Part shown: piece by piece, positions 62,375 to 64,000 of the stretch
Layout: each line of letters starts with the position of its first letter
Position numbering within the stretch: the first letter of the stretch is position 1
Made by a program: the position numbers and the translations under genes
The notes under the pieces: generated by a model
What the model was told of the DNA's origin: nothing
What the model saw: only the letters and a program-made list of their open reading frames with translations
Database searches by the model: none
Origin: an uncultured delta proteobacterium
GTDB taxonomy: Bacteria > Myxococcota_A > Polyangia > Fen-1088
Assembly (NCBI GenBank): GCA_963767925.1
Contig: CAVYGB010000008.1
Location: 1,888,001-1,952,000, forward strand
Direction of reading: 5' to 3'
DNA length: 64,000 nt

Positions 62375-62794
62375 ACCTTTTCGGTCACCTGCTCAGAGCC
62401 GATCTACCCCGACACGACGCTCCGTAGCCAGAAAGGCCGCCTGGCCGGCGTGGCCGTCAGCCGTCCCCCCCCGAGGGCCTTTTCACCGCCACGGTGGGGG
62501 AGAATTACGCCGCCACTCGCAATTGTTCGCCCACGACGGGCCGGGGCCGTGAACCAGAACCCTCTCCTCAAGCTGTCCAGTTACGTGGCAACCCGCCCCG
62601 CCGCGACACTCTGCCACGGCGACCAGCATAGGCCCTCACGCCCCTGCTCGATTATCAACCATCTTCGGCGCCCGGCTTGCTTGGAAGGTGCTCGCGGCCC
62701 ATCGTGTGTCGGTGTTCATGGCCACGAAAACCACCCCCCATCACGCCGCCCTTCGGGCCGGCGCTCTGGCGTCGTACCTCTCCGTGAGATCTGA

Positions 62795-63199
62795 ATGGAA
62801 GCATCTCGGACGCCCGTATCGGCCCCGGCTTCACCGCCACTGGTGCTGGTCGTCGACGATGACGCGGACATCCGGGAGGCACTGCGGGACGTGCTCGAAG
62901 CGGCTGGATACGCCGTCGCCGAGGCGGCCAACGGCCTGGAGGCATTCACTTATCTCGAGCGGAATCCAAGGCCGGGGGCGATCCTCCTCGATCTCTTCAT
63001 GCCGGTCATGGATGGGTGGCAACTCGCCAGACGAATCGAATCGGTTCCAGCGCTGGCCAGCGTTCCGCTGGTCGTGGTGACGGCCAGCGGGTCTCACTGG
63101 GGGTATCCCAGCAAACGCGTGCTGCTAAAGCCGATCGACCTGCCCCGCCTGTTGCAGGAGCTCCATGACCTGGCCCCGGTACCCGAAGCGGGCCGCTGA
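62795..63199 (+). CDS. Single-domain response regulator
   Basis: VVDDD, LLDLFMPVMDG, VTA, LKP. Confidence 0.9.
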   Translation: MEASRTPVSAPASPPLVLVVDDDADIREALRDVLEAAGYAVAEAANGLEAFTYLERNPRPGAILLDLFMPVMDGWQLARRIESVPALASVPLVVVTASGSHWGYPSKRVLLKPIDLPRLLQELHDLAPVPEAGR

Positions 63200-63285
63200 C
63201 GACTCGAATTGCCAATAGCACGAGGCGTATCCGCAGTCGTCCGATAGCAGCCCGTTTGCCTGGTGAGGTGCCGCCAGCCGGCCCG

Positions 63286-64000
63286 TCAGTATTCGGGAAG
63301 CTCGATCTCGTCGGTAAGCTGGCGACCGATCGCCAGGTCGGCCACCAAGGGGAGGTTGAGCAAGCGAGTCGTCTGGCGTTGCAGGAACAGGCGCAACCTC
63401 GAAGAGGGGGCAAAGAACCGGGCGAACCGCTCCGCGGCCTGCTGTTTTCGGGCGATGAACGCGCCCAGCCGCTCCTGATATCGATTGAACGCGCGTGTGT
63501 GGTCTCCGCCCGCAACCTTCAACTCCCCGGCCAGTACGTACGCGGAGACCATCGCGAGCGCGGCGCCCTGCCCGGCGAGCAGCGAGGGGCAAAAGGCCGC
63601 ATCACCCACCAGGCCGAGACGTCCTTTCGTCCAGCGCTCCATGCGGATCTGACTGACCCGATCGAAATAGAGATCCTGCACCGTCTCCATCGCGGCCAGG
63701 ATCTGGTCGCACTCCCAGCCTGCACCTGCGAACCGCCGGCGCAGCCTGGCCTTGGCCGCGGACACATCGTTCAGCTGTTCTCCGCCGGTCTCCTTCTGGG
63801 CGTACACGAACAGGAACATGGTCCTATCATCGCGAAGGCTGAACCGCGCCGCCTGGCCCCCAACTTGGTGATACATGACATAGACGTCGGGATCTCGCGG
63901 GCGGTAGTGCGCGATCTCGAAGGCAGCCACCTGGCAACCGAGGTATCTCTCGAATCGGTCCTCTCCGAAACCGAGCCGTCGGACGTTCGAATGCAGCCCG
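63286..64000 (-). CDS. FAD-dependent monooxygenase/oxidoreductase (partial, continues beyond the window)
   Basis: GLHS-x-VR at the window edge; LVGDAAFCPSLLAGQG. Confidence 0.88.
   Translation of the reverse strand, partial: GLHSNVRRLGFGEDRFERYLGCQVAAFEIAHYRPRDPDVYVMYHQVGGQAARFSLRDDRTMFLFVYAQKETGGEQLNDVSAAKARLRRRFAGAGWECDQILAAMETVQDLYFDRVSQIRMERWTKGRLGLVGDAAFCPSLLAGQGAALAMVSAYVLAGELKVAGGDHTRAFNRYQERLGAFIARKQQAAERFARFFAPSSRLRLFLQRQTTRLLNLPLVADLAIGRQLTDEIELPEY

Larger units (their letters stand above)
57960..62628 (-). mobile_element. IS21-family element 2 (~4.7 kb, both ends present, five ORFs)
   Basis: Imperfect terminal IRs TGCTGGTGGCAGTG / TGCTGGTCGCCGTG; subterminal repeat copies at ~62470-62516; istA/istB. 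Confidence 0.88.

Overview
Very GC-rich bacterial DNA, most likely Myxococcota: there is a MYXO-CTERM-tailed metalloprotease, several sigma-54 enhancer-binding proteins, a Ser/Thr kinase-STAND protein and Pro-rich lipoproteins. 1-20 kb is mostly core genome: rpmB, DciA-like, trpBA, a cysteine/sulfur-carrier operon (cysK, MoeB/ThiF, ubiquitin-like ThiS/CysO, second degenerate ThiF, cysM, JAB peptidase), maiA, MFS, qor, hemE, hslO and an S9 peptidase. 22-30.4 kb is a sigma-54 two-component cluster with a decayed otsAB gene and recognisable promoters and enhancers. 30.4-40.4 kb holds a heme peroxidase, FHA-wHTH protein, kinase/cyclase-like/STAND/TPR protein, a convergent prenyltransferase-like gene with an orphan partner, and an ECF sigma factor. 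40-53 kb is mixed accessory and housekeeping genes (hflKC, dbpA, pirin/AraC, TrmH, VIT1). 53-62.6 kb is mobile-element debris: a serine-recombinase remnant with a tRNA-like att core, a RelE/ParE-type TA pair, a truncated tyrosine integrase and two nested IS21-family elements with shared Cys-rich accessory genes. Many single-base frameshifts in otherwise intact genes suggest consensus sequencing errors. Top hypotheses: (1) a complementary active/inactive pair of E1-like proteins forming a heterodimeric E1 for a ubiquitin-like sulfur carrier; (2) multi-gene IS21 elements with a conserved Zn-finger gene, leader hairpin, ParB and an SSB-tail-like ORF; (3) a candidate peptide/protein prenylation module beside a TOMM-type kinase/cyclase that has no TOMM genes nearby. 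All family calls come from motif recognition by eye; no searches were run.
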